The notes below the pieces were generated by a model that was not told the origin of the DNA, ran no database searches, and saw only the letters and a program-made list of their open reading frames with translations. The translations under genes and the position numbers were made by a program. Below, one piece after another: positions 19,150 through 28,413 of a stretch of DNA of 64,000 bases. Numbering within the stretch: position 1 is the stretch's first letter; the number at the start of each line of letters is the position of its first letter. The stretch comes from an uncultured Acidobacteriota bacterium (GTDB taxonomy: Bacteria; Acidobacteriota; UBA6911): NCBI GenBank assembly GCA_963827655.1, contig CAWHCF010000038.1, forward strand, positions 64,001-128,000. Direction: 5' to 3'.

Positions 19150-19698
19150 CTACCGGCCGAACCGGAATACGACCCCAAACGAAAGCCGCAGGTTATCCTG
19201 CCGCTCATCCTGGAATCGGGTCATCAGGTAGTCGGCCTGAACGGCGCGTATCGCCACAGTATCGTTCAGGTTGATGTCCACCCCCCCGCCGGCGGCAGCG
19301 GCGAGTGCGGTATCGGACACGGACAGACCGAAGGCGCCGGCGTTTGCGCGGGAGATTCCAATGAGAAAATGCCCGAATGGAATCACTTTGTCATTGCCAC
19401 GATAAGAAAGCCGGGGTCCAAAGAGGAAGGAGTGCTGGTTGACATCGACAAAGGGAATGCCGATCCCGAAAATCGATGGCGAGCCATAATGCCCGCTGAA
19501 GTCGCCTACAACGCCGAACCAGTCATTGAGATTTCCCGCAATAGATCCATTCCATCCATTCAGATGAATCGTCGTAGGATCAGAGGCGCGAAAGTAAGAA
19601 TAGCCGCCAAAAACCTCCGCTTTGGGGGTGCTTTCTTGAGCGAAGGCTGACCATGGGAACGCAAGACCTAGAACAGCCACCACAAACAACTTTCTCAC
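19150..19698 (-). CDS. Small outer-membrane beta-barrel protein
   Basis: GTG at 19698 after AGGAGGA RBS; signal peptide ending AFA-QE; EVFGGYSY, GGGVD, RLSFGVVFRF. Confidence 0.88.
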   Translation of the reverse strand: MRKLFVVAVLGLAFPWSAFAQESTPKAEVFGGYSYFRASDPTTIHLNGWNGSIAGNLNDWFGVVGDFSGHYGSPSIFGIGIPFVDVNQHSFLFGPRLSYRGNDKVIPFGHFLIGISRANAGAFGLSVSDTALAAAAGGGVDINLNDTVAIRAVQADYLMTRFQDERQDNLRLSFGVVFRFGR

Positions 19699-20043
19699 AA
19701 AGGAATCCTCCTGTTTACCGTCGATAATTCGAACCCTCAGCCCGTAGGGTCCGGATCCTTCCCGATGTGAATAGAATGGACCTTCCCGCGCTGCGGCGCA
19801 GCCTCCGACTCCTGCGGGCTTTCGTCTGCCGGACTCGAATCGCTGCACTCCAGATTTGATTCTTTGAGGATCCAAAGTGTTCACGGCGGTCTGATCCGCC
19901 GAGAAACAGTTTCTGAAGGCGAAGCCGCCAAGACGGCAGGAGACTGAAACCCGGCGTTCAGTGATGGAGCGGCGGCAACGATCCGCTTGAGATCTATGAA
20001 GCCGATTGGCTAGACTACGCTTCATCGACGGAGAAAACACACA

Positions 20044-20475
20044 ATGGCCAAGACCGACGCGGTTCTGGCGAAGATGCGGGAGATCTGCCTTTCGCTGCCG
20101 GACACGAAAGAAACAATGACCTGGGGCAAGCCGCACTTCCGCGTGGGCGAGAAGATCTTCGCCGGCTGCGGGGAGGAGAATGGCAGGCAGGTTATCGGCT
20201 TCAAGCTGCAAATGGCGCATGCCGAGGCCGTCATCAAGGATGCGCGTTTCTGGCGCGCGCCCTACGTGGGTCACAAAGGGTGGGTGTCGATGGACCCGGT
20301 CGGCGTCAAGGACTGGGACGAAGTACGGGCGATGATCCTCGAGAGTTTCCGGCTGATCGCCCCGAGGAAGACGCTGGCCAAGCTGGAGGGAGGCGTGGCG
20401 TCGGGCGCGAAGAAGCCGACCAAGGAAGCTCGCGCCACGCCGACAGGGTCAACCGCGAAGACGCGACGGCGCTAA
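20044..20475 (+). CDS. MmcQ/YjbR family protein
   Basis: ICLSLP..KET..WG.PHFRVG.KIFA, APYVG.KGWV, ILESFRLIAP. Confidence 0.88.
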   Translation: MAKTDAVLAKMREICLSLPDTKETMTWGKPHFRVGEKIFAGCGEENGRQVIGFKLQMAHAEAVIKDARFWRAPYVGHKGWVSMDPVGVKDWDEVRAMILESFRLIAPRKTLAKLEGGVASGAKKPTKEARATPTGSTAKTRRR

Positions 20476-20697
20476 GGGTTCGCGCAGAAATAGGTTCGCA
20501 TTCTGCTGCAGGCCCCCAGGCCCGCTGGCGAGGCGCGAGCGACGATGCGTACCCGGTGCGGTACGTGAGGAGCGAGCAAAAAGCCAGCGGGCCTGCGGGC
20601 CGCAGCGCGATCCTCACCGTGCTTAGCGAACAGAAACCGGTTCATGATTGACCGCCGATTCTCGCGCCAGAATGTGAAGTTATTTCTGCGCGAGCCC
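20476..20697. mobile_element. 222-bp MITE with 17-bp terminal inverted repeats and TAA target duplication
   Basis: GGGTTCGCGCAGAAATA ... TATTTCTGCGCGAGCCC (16/17 match); TAA at 20473-75 and 20698-700; internal stem CAGGCCCGCTGGC/GCCAGCGGGCCTG. Confidence 0.85.
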
Positions 20698-20737
20698 TAA
20701 GACGAAGCTTTCATGCCAAACCAGGAGGGAACAAACT

Positions 20738-22051
20738 TTGGGACAAGATACCAGGCACCAGGCTGATTTCAGCGCGGCCCAGCGGAGCCGGCTCTTCGTG
20801 CTAAGCTGCACAGCTCTGGTCACGACTGCGCTGATTTTCAGCATAAGAGCTTCCGTCCTGGAGGATCTCGGAAACACTTTCGGTCTGACTGCCGAGGCTG
20901 TGGGCTGGTGCGCGGGCGCGGCCTTCCTGGCTTTTGCAATTTCAATTTTCATAGGGAGTCCCCTGTGCGACTACCTGGGAATGGGTATCCTTCTGGGCGC
21001 GGCGGCGCTCTTGCATGTCGCCGGGATTCTCATGGTGATCTTTGCTCAGAACCTGGTCGGCGCCATGGGTCTGTCGGCAGCAGCGATACTATATCTGAGC
21101 TGGTTTGTGGCAGGATTGGGCAACGGTTTGGTGGAAGCTGTAATCAACCCCCTGGCGGCCACGCTCTATCCGGAGGACAAGACTCACAAATTGAACGTGC
21201 TGCACGCGTGGTGGCCCGGAGGAATCGTGATCGGCGGCGTTCTCGCGTACCTGCTGAGAACGGCAGGTTTTGGCTGGCAGGTTCGGCTGGCCACAATCCT
21301 GATCCCGGCAGGAATCTACGGCGCCATGCTAATCGGTCAGAAATTTCCGGCGACCGAACGAGTGCAGGCAGGAGTGTCCACCGGGGAGATGATCCAGCAG
21401 GCCTTCCGCCCGCTCTTTCTGGTCTGGTTTGGCCTGATGTTTCTTACCGCCGCTCTTGAGCTGGGGCCTGGCCAATGGGTCGATGCCACTCTCACCCGGA
21501 CAGTGGGGATCGAAGGGATCCTGCTTCTGGTTTACATTAGCGGCTTGATGTTCATCTTTCGCCATTTTGCCGGACCTCTGGCCCATCGTTTTTCGCCCGT
21601 CGGTCTGATGTGGATCTCCTCGGTTCTGGCCGGGTTCGGCGTCCTTGCGCTCAGCTATGCGAACTCTCCTGTTACCGCGTTTCTATCGGCGACGATCTGG
21701 GGCATCGGGGTTTGCTACATGTGGCCGACAATGCTCGGTGTGACCTCGGAGCGTTTCCCTAGAGGAGGCGCTCTCCTGCTTGGGCTGATGGGGACTGCCG
21801 GCAACCTTTCGATTCAGTTCGTCCTGCCGTGGATGGGAAGTATTTACGATGAGTTCACCAACAGGGCTCAGGCGGCGGGACTCGCCCCGGAAGCGGCCCG
21901 CGCGAGTGCGGCGCCGGTGGCCTTCCGCTATGTCGCGGCCCTGTCGCTCGTTCTTGTTGTTGTGTTCGGGTTGATCTGGCTGCGGGACAGAGCTGCGGGC
22001 GGCTACAAGGTCGAGTCTCTTGAAGAGCGCGCCCGAAAGACACCCGCCTGA
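20738..22051 (+). CDS. MFS transporter
   Basis: About 12 TM helices; GSPLCDYLG, GLGNGLVEA.INPL, LHAWWPGG, WPTMLG..SERFP. Confidence 0.9.
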   Translation: MGQDTRHQADFSAAQRSRLFVLSCTALVTTALIFSIRASVLEDLGNTFGLTAEAVGWCAGAAFLAFAISIFIGSPLCDYLGMGILLGAAALLHVAGILMVIFAQNLVGAMGLSAAAILYLSWFVAGLGNGLVEAVINPLAATLYPEDKTHKLNVLHAWWPGGIVIGGVLAYLLRTAGFGWQVRLATILIPAGIYGAMLIGQKFPATERVQAGVSTGEMIQQAFRPLFLVWFGLMFLTAALELGPGQWVDATLTRTVGIEGILLLVYISGLMFIFRHFAGPLAHRFSPVGLMWISSVLAGFGVLALSYANSPVTAFLSATIWGIGVCYMWPTMLGVTSERFPRGGALLLGLMGTAGNLSIQFVLPWMGSIYDEFTNRAQAAGLAPEAARASAAPVAFRYVAALSLVLVVVFGLIWLRDRAAGGYKVESLEERARKTPA

Positions 22052-22109
22052 TTATGCGTGCCAACCGCTTCGCGTTTCTTGAGCACTGCTGTTCACAATT
22101 GACGCTATG

Positions 22110-22380
22110 TATTTTGAAGCAGTTGAGGCCTGAAAGGCCGACAGAGAGTAGGCCCGGCCGTAAGAAGCTGTGAAAAAATTGGTTCAGTGGCGCGGGTCAT
22201 CAGAGACTGTTGCAAAACTCGCCGGTTCATGTGCGGACGGGCTATCAAGCCCGTCCGGCCCCCGATAGGCACTACTGAACTCTCGCCCCATCGCTTCGCC
22301 TGCCTACTTTCCCCTCAGCGACTTTTTACTTTTCACTCTCCACGGGCGGGGCCATTCACTGCACGGGCCTTCGGCCCTAG
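22110..22380. repeat. Composite REP-like element with nested inserts
   Basis: AGGCCTGAAAGGCC left end; right end CACGGGCGGGGCCATTCACTGCACGGGCCTTCGGCCCT is near reverse complement of 36111-36146; internal hairpin CGGACGGGCT-ATCA-AGCCCGTCCG. Confidence 0.75.
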
Positions 22381-22442
22381 GCAAAAACAGAGCTGCTCTG
22401 ACCTCAATACCGTTAGCGTATTTATGAATCCAGCCGACTTTC

Positions 22443-22552
22443 AGGCGCTTAGTGAAACGTTCAAACCAACATGTCGTCGTATCAAAAGGGGCCTTCTGAA
22501 TTCGGGGCGAAGTCCCCGAACGAACCTTAGTGTCCTGGTGTCTTCGTGGTAA
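22443..22552. repeat. ~110-bp dispersed repeat (hairpin element between CTTAG repeats plus minus-strand octamer array), copy 1
   Basis: Collinear near-identity with 59567-59673. Confidence 0.9.
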
Positions 22553-22569
22553 ACTCGTTGAGCATCACA

Positions 22570-24636
22570 ATGAAGATCACCTTTCTGCTCTCACTCATCA
22601 GTGTCGCGATACCGCTCGTTGCTCAACCGGAGGAACAGCCAGGCCCCCGTGTTGCCACGCGAATGCCGCAGTTGCTGAGCGTGCTTCCGATGGGGGCTCA
22701 AAAGGGCTCGGTGGTTGAAGTCGAATTGCAAGGCGAGTTCCTGGATCGGGCAGAGAACATTCTGTTCTCCACGCCCGAAGTTGTGGCTCGGGTCAAGAAA
22801 TCAAATTTTACGCGGGTGTTTCTTGAAGTGCGCGTGAGCCCCAAAGCAGAGTCGGGGCCGTGCTACTTTCGGGTAGTAACGCCGCGGGGGGCGTCGAACC
22901 TTCTGATGTTCCGCATCAGCGAGTGGCCGGCGATTACCGAACAGGAACCCAACGATGACCCGCGAGATCTTCGTGCCGTCGAGTGGCCGGTTCTGGTCAG
23001 CGGACGCCTCGAAACCCCGAGAGATGTCGATCTCTATCGCTTCCATGGGAAAGCCGGCCAGCGCCTGAATCTGAATCTTCTCGCCGCTCGCAACTGGTCC
23101 ACGGCCGATCTTTCGCTTGCGATCGTCGATGCCGCGGGCCGCGGCCTGCGCCAGGATGAAGGAACCTTCATATGGGATCCGTACATCAGCTTCACCTGTC
23201 CTGCGGATGGTGAGTATGTGGCTGCCGTGATGCTCACTCGAATGCCTGCCGGCGGACAGTCAAGGACCGACCTGGTTTACCAGCTGGCCATCGGTCAGGC
23301 GCCTGTGCTCGCGTCGGTCTTCCCGTTGTACCTGCAGTCGCAAGCGCCTGTGGAACTGCAGGTGCGGGGCGAGTTCCTTGACTCGAAAACATGGGAACTG
23401 GAGGGCGGGGAAATCCAGCGTCAGGAGAAGGGCGATGCGCCCCAGGCCCCGGCTTCGGTCGCTCTGGCCGGCCGGCTGAACACCGGGACGCCTCCGGGCG
23501 TCCGGTCGCTGCGCCTTCAGCACGCTTCCGGTTTGGTTACACCCCTGCGAGTCATGACCGGAGAAAGTCCCGCGAAAATGGAATTGGAGAAAAACGACAC
23601 CCTCCAGACGGCGGAAGCAATCGGGATTCCGGTAACCGTGAACGGGAGGATCGATAGCCGCTGGGATGAAGATATCTATCGCTTTGAAGTGGAATCGGAA
23701 ACCACGCTGGTCTTCGACATCGATGCGGAAAGGCTGGGTTCGCGGCTGGACGCAAGACTGGCTCTCCTGGATGGCTCAGGCAAGACTTTGGCCGCCAACG
23801 ATGATGCCAAGCTTGATGAAGGGCCGCTGAACTGGGATCCTCAGATCACCCACACGTTCAAGGAGCGCGGAACCTATTTCATCAAGGTCTCCAGCCAGCA
23901 GAGGCGCGGTGGCGAAGACTATGGATATGCCCTCAGCGTGCGGCGGCCTTCCCCCGGATTCACCCTCAGCCTCGCTTCCGAGCGGTTGGCTGTTCCGCGC
24001 GGCGAGACCGGCCAGTGGAATGTCTCGGTTCAGCGCCAGGAAGGCTTCCAGGGCGAACTTGCAATCGAGGTCACGGGATTGCCGCAAGGGCTCGAGACCA
24101 AACCGCTCCAGCTGAAGGGCGACCAGACTTCGGGCAAGATCGAAATAACCGCTGCACCGGACGCTCGCCTGGAAACCGCCTCGGTGACGATTCTGGGCAA
24201 AGGTCTGGTCGATGGGCAGGAGCAGTGCCGCACCGCCCTTATTCCTGCGGCGGCGCGAGTCTCGGGGAGCGGTCCTGGCTTCTCAGACTACCGATCGACG
24301 GAAGCCTGGGTTTCGGTCGTCGAGCCGCCGTTGTTTTCGCTCGAATCGGCGGCGTCAGAAGTCTTTCTCGTTCGGGGTGGGACGGCGGAGTTCGGAGTGA
24401 AAATTGTGAGGCGGCGCGGCTTTTCAGGGACGCCCGAGTTTTCCCTCGAGAATGCTCCCTCAGGGGTCCAGGTAGAGAAATTCGAGATCGTGGACGATGG
24501 ACGAATGGCCCGGTTGACGCTTCGAGCCTCAGAGTCTGCGGCCGTGGGACGGGTGCCTGACGTCGCGATCGTGGGCGCCGCGCGCGGCGATCAGCGCAGC
24601 GAGTCTGCACCCCGGATCAACGTGCAGGTTGATTAG
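22570..24636 (+). CDS. Secreted multi-PPC-domain protein of the type found with DUF1549/DUF1501 clusters
   Basis: Signal peptide; SVLPMGAQKG, EQEPND, DVDLYRF, ELEKNDT..A..I.IPVTVNGRI...DEDIYRF. Confidence 0.82.
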   Translation: MKITFLLSLISVAIPLVAQPEEQPGPRVATRMPQLLSVLPMGAQKGSVVEVELQGEFLDRAENILFSTPEVVARVKKSNFTRVFLEVRVSPKAESGPCYFRVVTPRGASNLLMFRISEWPAITEQEPNDDPRDLRAVEWPVLVSGRLETPRDVDLYRFHGKAGQRLNLNLLAARNWSTADLSLAIVDAAGRGLRQDEGTFIWDPYISFTCPADGEYVAAVMLTRMPAGGQSRTDLVYQLAIGQAPVLASVFPLYLQSQAPVELQVRGEFLDSKTWELEGGEIQRQEKGDAPQAPASVALAGRLNTGTPPGVRSLRLQHASGLVTPLRVMTGESPAKMELEKNDTLQTAEAIGIPVTVNGRIDSRWDEDIYRFEVESETTLVFDIDAERLGSRLDARLALLDGSGKTLAANDDAKLDEGPLNWDPQITHTFKERGTYFIKVSSQQRRGGEDYGYALSVRRPSPGFTLSLASERLAVPRGETGQWNVSVQRQEGFQGELAIEVTGLPQGLETKPLQLKGDQTSGKIEITAAPDARLETASVTILGKGLVDGQEQCRTALIPAAARVSGSGPGFSDYRSTEAWVSVVEPPLFSLESAASEVFLVRGGTAEFGVKIVRRRGFSGTPEFSLENAPSGVQVEKFEIVDDGRMARLTLRASESAAVGRVPDVAIVGAARGDQRSESAPRINVQVD

Positions 24637-24663
24637 AGGAGCGCTCGAAGTACCGGAGATCCA

Positions 24664-24752
24664 GTTTAACGGGCGGTGGGCTGGTGAAGCGCAGGGTGTT
24701 CGGGAGTCATTTTTTCGCTCTGCGGTTCACCAACCCTCGAGCCCGTTTGAAC
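24664..24752. terminator. Long imperfect inverted repeat between convergent genes
   Basis: GTTTAACGGGC..GGGCTGGTGAA.CGCAG pairs with CTGCG.TTCACCAACCC..GCCCGTTTGAAC. Confidence 0.5.
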
Positions 24753-24757
24753 CACCG

Positions 24758-25284
24758 CTATCGAAGCGGCTCTATGGCAACGCGGTTTTGCCCGCGGATT
24801 TCGCCGCCTGGGACGCTCATCGTGTGAATGTTCGTGTAGGTCAGGCCATTAATGATGGCGGCCCTGACGTCTGCGAAGTTACGGATGCCGCGCATGCCTG
24901 AGGGTCGTCGTTGATTCTAGGGGTCACATCGTCCACCGTAGAGACGCCATAGAATACGCCTCCAGTAATGGTATCGCTGTCCTCGATCGGACCGTGAATA
25001 GCCCTGTTGTACATGTTCATGATGATCGGACCGGCAAGTCCCTCAGGGGCAACGTGCACGTGGATCTGGGTGATGTCGGTCCCGAACTGCCGGAGCCTGA
25101 GGGAGAATTCGATCCTGTCCGAGTACACGTTATAAATAACGTCGGCGGTAGCCGCACTGATGATTTTTTCAGGTGCTTCCTGTCCGCCGTCAAGCTCGGC
25201 TTTGACGACAATCTGGGCCAAAAGCGTCGAACTCCCCACTAACAAGAAAGCAAACACAAGTAGACATTGTAGTTTTTTCATCAT
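24758..25284 (-). CDS. Secreted CHRD domain protein; frameshift near 24890
   Basis: Signal peptide; AELDGGQE, IHVH...G.AGPI; shifted frame gives YTNIHT..VPGGEIRGQ ending in TAG at 24758. Confidence 0.85.
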
Positions 25285-25442
25285 CGTTCGTTCCTTTGTG
25301 TTTTGCCTCGAGAGTCGCTGTCGCCTGGCAGTCTGCAAAGTTAGAGACCCTCGAAAGCTTTGTTAAATGCCAGATGCCCAGGGATGAGGAAGCCTAGCCT
25401 GTTTTTTGTCGAATTTCAACAAGACAAAAGAGAACCTAACAA

Positions 25443-25480
25443 ATACCACCAGGACGCAAAGGCACGAAGAAGCACCAAGA
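25443..25480 (+). repeat. Octamer-array repeat copy
   Basis: ATACC-ACCAGGAC-GCAAAGGC-ACGAAGAAGC-ACCAAGA. Confidence 0.85.
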
Positions 25481-25484
25481 GTCT

Positions 25485-25513
25485 TTGCCAAAAAAGCAAC
25501 TGTAGCTTATAGT
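25485..25513 (+). promoter_or_regulatory. Sigma70-type promoter candidate TTGCCA-N17-TATAGT
   Basis: Near-consensus hexamers, 17-nt spacer, 40 nt upstream of ATG 25554. Confidence 0.65.
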
Positions 25514-25553
25514 CTCTTAGATCAACAGGGAGTCACGAGGGGCACCCACCGGT

Positions 25554-28049
25554 ATGACACGTCGGATCGGTTACTTCTTTATGGTCCTTTTGGGCGGTTG
25601 GATACTCCCGTCAGAAACTCGTCCGGCTGAGCTGAATAACAGGCCCCCGGCAACTAAAGTGCAAGCCGAGGCTCGCAATCAGCATCGCAACTGGATGCGG
25701 CTCCTGGTCGAACCCAAATCGATCTTCTTGTCCGGAACTTCGACCACCCAGAGCCTGATCGTCAGCGCCCAGCGTTCGGACGGCTCGGCCGATGATGTAA
25801 CAACGCGAGCCCGCTTTCACTCGGAAGACCCGCGTGTCGTTTCCGTCGGGAAGGATGGAGTAGTTCAGGCTGCCGGCAAGGGGGCAACCTACGTGCGAGC
25901 CACGTGGGAAGGATTGGAAAGCAGAACCTTCGTCGTGGTGCGCGATTCGGTTGACAAGGCTCGCCCCTTCAGTTTTGCCAGCGATATTGCTCCCATCATT
26001 TCTCACTTTGGCTGCAATGGCAGCAGCTGTCACGGAGCGCTCAACGGCCAGAACGGATTCAAGCTGTCGCTCTTCGGTTACGATCCCGAAGCGGATTACG
26101 ACGCGATTGTGACCAAAGCGGACGGGCGCAGGGTCGACCGCTCCGATCCCGAACGGAGCCTGATCCTGCTCAAACCGACATTTTCCGTTCCTCATGGCGG
26201 CGGCCTGGTGATCGACAAAGGCGCCGGAGAATACCGGATCCTGCGTGACTGGATTTCACAGGGAACGCCCCGCGGGACCTCGAAAGGGCCGCGCCTGAAG
26301 CGTCTGGACGTTTATCCCAAGGACCAGCGTGTACTCACCGATTCGGATCAGAAGCAGCGGTTGGTGGTTGTGGGCCGCTACAGCGATGGCACCGAAGTCG
26401 ACATGACGCGCCAGGTGAGGTACACGTCCAACAATCCGGGCGTCGCGACTGTGAGTCCCGAAGGCATGGTGACTCCGGTCAGGGACGGAGAGACGGCAAT
26501 CATGGTGCGCTCGCTAGGCGCCGTAGGCGTTGCGCGCGTCGGCGTCGTACTTCGCCAGCCCGTCGCGCGCTATCCGCGGGTGCAGCGGAATAATCTCATC
26601 GACGACCTGGTTTTCGCGAAACTCGCTCGTTTGAATGTCGTACCTTCTGAACTCTGCACAGATGCTGAATTCATCCGGCGGGCAACTCTCGACATTACGG
26701 GCGCGCTGCCTCGCCCCGAGGAAGTAAGGCGATTTCTCACGGATCAGGCGGACGGCAAGCGCGCGCGCCTCGTGGAAGAGCTGCTGAAGCGTACGGAGTA
26801 TGCCGATTTCTGGTCGATGAAATGGGGAGACCTGCTGACCAATACCCCGCAATTCCTGTACAACGGCACGGCCTACTTTCAGGCATGGCTCCGGGACGCC
26901 CTGGCGCGCAACATGCCGTTCGACGAGTTTGCCCGCGAGCTGCTGACTGCGAGCGGCGGCACATACGAGCCGCTCCCTTCGAATTTTTATTCGATCATGA
27001 AGAAGCCTGAGGAGATGGCGACGTTCACGAGCCAGGTCTTCCTCGGGGTCAGCCTGGAATGCGCCCGCTGTCACGATCATCCGAGTGAGAACTGGCGGCG
27101 CGATGACTTCATGGGACTGGCGGCGTTTTTCTCGCAGGTCAAATTCAAAGGAGGGCCGCGGAACAACGAACGCTTCCTCTATATCGATCCCGACCTGGAG
27201 TTCAAGCACCCCGATACCAAGGAGCCGGTCCAGGCGCGAGTCCTGGGAGGGGTTCCGGCGACCTTTAATCCCGGAGAGGACCGTCGCGCCCGCCTGGCAG
27301 AATGGCTTACCGCCCCCTCGAACCCTTATTTTGCGCGCACCGCGGTGAACCGGGTTTGGAAGGAGTTGATGGGGCGCGGCATCGTCGATCCGGCGGACGA
27401 TTTTCGCGCGACCAACCCGCCCAGTCACCCCGAGCTTCTGGATCGGTTGGCGGCCGACTTTGTCGAACACGGCTTCGACCTGCACCATCTGATGCGGCAG
27501 ATCCTGGGCTCTCGCGCCTACCAGCTCTCGTCGCGGCCGAATGAGACCAACAAGGAGGATCAGACAGCATACTCGCGCCACTACATTCGTCGCCTGACAG
27601 CCGAGCAGTTGCTGGATGGCATTTCGCAAGTGACCGAAGTGCCGGAGCGGTTTCCGTACTTTTATCCCGGGAAGCGGGCGACCCAGCTTCCCGACCCGAT
27701 AGTCGACTCTTACTTCTTGACCATCTTCGATCGCGCCAGCCGGGAAAACGCAACCTGCTCGCGCAAACAGTCCATCAGCCTGACGCAATCCTTGCACCTG
27801 GTTGGCGGCGACACTGTTACCAAGAAGATTCGCGATGATCGCGGCGTCCTGTCGCGCCTGATCCGTGGAGAAAGCACCGACCAGGAGATTCTCGAGCACT
27901 TGTATCTCGCGGCAGTGAGCCGGTACCCAACCGCGCAGGAGAGCGCAGCCGCTCAGAAATCTGTGGCCGGTGCGCCGGATCGAAGAGCGGGCTTCGAGGA
28001 TGTGCTCTGGGCGCTGCTCAACTCGAAGGAGTTCTTGTATAATCACTGA
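25554..28049 (+). CDS. DUF1549/DUF1553 (PSCyt2/PSD1) protein with Ig-like repeats and heme c motifs
   Basis: CNGSSCHG, FIRRATLDITG.LP, FLGVSLECARCHDHP, VNRVW..LMGRGIV, NPPSHPELLD.LA, RRLTAEQL, WALLNSKEFLYNH. Confidence 0.92.
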   Translation: MTRRIGYFFMVLLGGWILPSETRPAELNNRPPATKVQAEARNQHRNWMRLLVEPKSIFLSGTSTTQSLIVSAQRSDGSADDVTTRARFHSEDPRVVSVGKDGVVQAAGKGATYVRATWEGLESRTFVVVRDSVDKARPFSFASDIAPIISHFGCNGSSCHGALNGQNGFKLSLFGYDPEADYDAIVTKADGRRVDRSDPERSLILLKPTFSVPHGGGLVIDKGAGEYRILRDWISQGTPRGTSKGPRLKRLDVYPKDQRVLTDSDQKQRLVVVGRYSDGTEVDMTRQVRYTSNNPGVATVSPEGMVTPVRDGETAIMVRSLGAVGVARVGVVLRQPVARYPRVQRNNLIDDLVFAKLARLNVVPSELCTDAEFIRRATLDITGALPRPEEVRRFLTDQADGKRARLVEELLKRTEYADFWSMKWGDLLTNTPQFLYNGTAYFQAWLRDALARNMPFDEFARELLTASGGTYEPLPSNFYSIMKKPEEMATFTSQVFLGVSLECARCHDHPSENWRRDDFMGLAAFFSQVKFKGGPRNNERFLYIDPDLEFKHPDTKEPVQARVLGGVPATFNPGEDRRARLAEWLTAPSNPYFARTAVNRVWKELMGRGIVDPADDFRATNPPSHPELLDRLAADFVEHGFDLHHLMRQILGSRAYQLSSRPNETNKEDQTAYSRHYIRRLTAEQLLDGISQVTEVPERFPYFYPGKRATQLPDPIVDSYFLTIFDRASRENATCSRKQSISLTQSLHLVGGDTVTKKIRDDRGVLSRLIRGESTDQEILEHLYLAAVSRYPTAQESAAAQKSVAGAPDRRAGFEDVLWALLNSKEFLYNH

Positions 28050-28082
28050 GTTCAGACTTTCAACCCTTGAGGTGCAGCTCCA

Positions 28083-28280
28083 TTGAGTCTAAAGGGTATT
28101 CAATTTCTCTTTGATGCCGAAGGGAAAGAGACGGCGGTCCTGATAAACCTGAGGCACAATCGCCACGTCTGGGAGGACATCTACGATGTAATCGTGGCCG
28201 ACAGTCGTAAGGATGAACCGCGTGTGGCGTGGGAAGAGGTGAAAAGGAGGCTAAAAGCCAGGCGCGCTTCCCGTGGCTGA
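28083..28280 (+). CDS. Small antitoxin-like protein
   Basis: GIQFL.D..G..TAVLI, WEDIYD...SRKDEPRV.WEEVK..L resembles antitoxins found before RelE/ParE genes. Confidence 0.6.
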   Translation: MSLKGIQFLFDAEGKETAVLINLRHNRHVWEDIYDVIVADSRKDEPRVAWEEVKRRLKARRASRG

Positions 28281-28335
28281 ATATCGGCTTGACCTCGAAC
28301 TTCGGGGGTTGCCTCGTAATAGTGTGTGCATATGG
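28273..28335 (+). pseudogene. Possible RelE/ParE toxin N-terminal stub
   Basis: GTG overlapping the antitoxin stop reads MAEYRLDLELRGLPRN, then runs into a repeat. Confidence 0.35.
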
Positions 28336-28339
28336 TTCT

Positions 28340-28396
28340 CAACCACGAAGACGCGAGGACGCGAATCTTCTCTTGGGTCTTGTGTCTTGGCGGTGA
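28340..28396. repeat. Inverted pair of octamer-array repeats (forward then reverse) abutting an RBS
   Basis: CAACCACGAAGACGCGAGGACGCGAA ... TCTTGGGTCTTGTGTCTTGGCGGTGA, then GGAGGAG. Confidence 0.8.
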
Positions 28397-28413
28397 GGAG
28401 GAGTTAGCTTCAA

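Noticed and set aside
19049-19274. Small ORFs such as [11 protein letters not shown]..., and the N-terminal extensions at 12139, 12104, 22546 and 37697
   Set aside because: They are translations running through the repeat arrays; better starts with RBS or signal peptides lie downstream.
19699-20274. 374-aa version of the outer-membrane protein
   Set aside because: The extension is antisense to the MmcQ/YjbR gene; GTG 19698 has an RBS and a signal peptide.
26514-28046. Long antisense ORFs (510 aa here; also 41261-42667 and 55340-56611)
   Set aside because: Shadow frames of GC-rich genes with no recognisable motifs.
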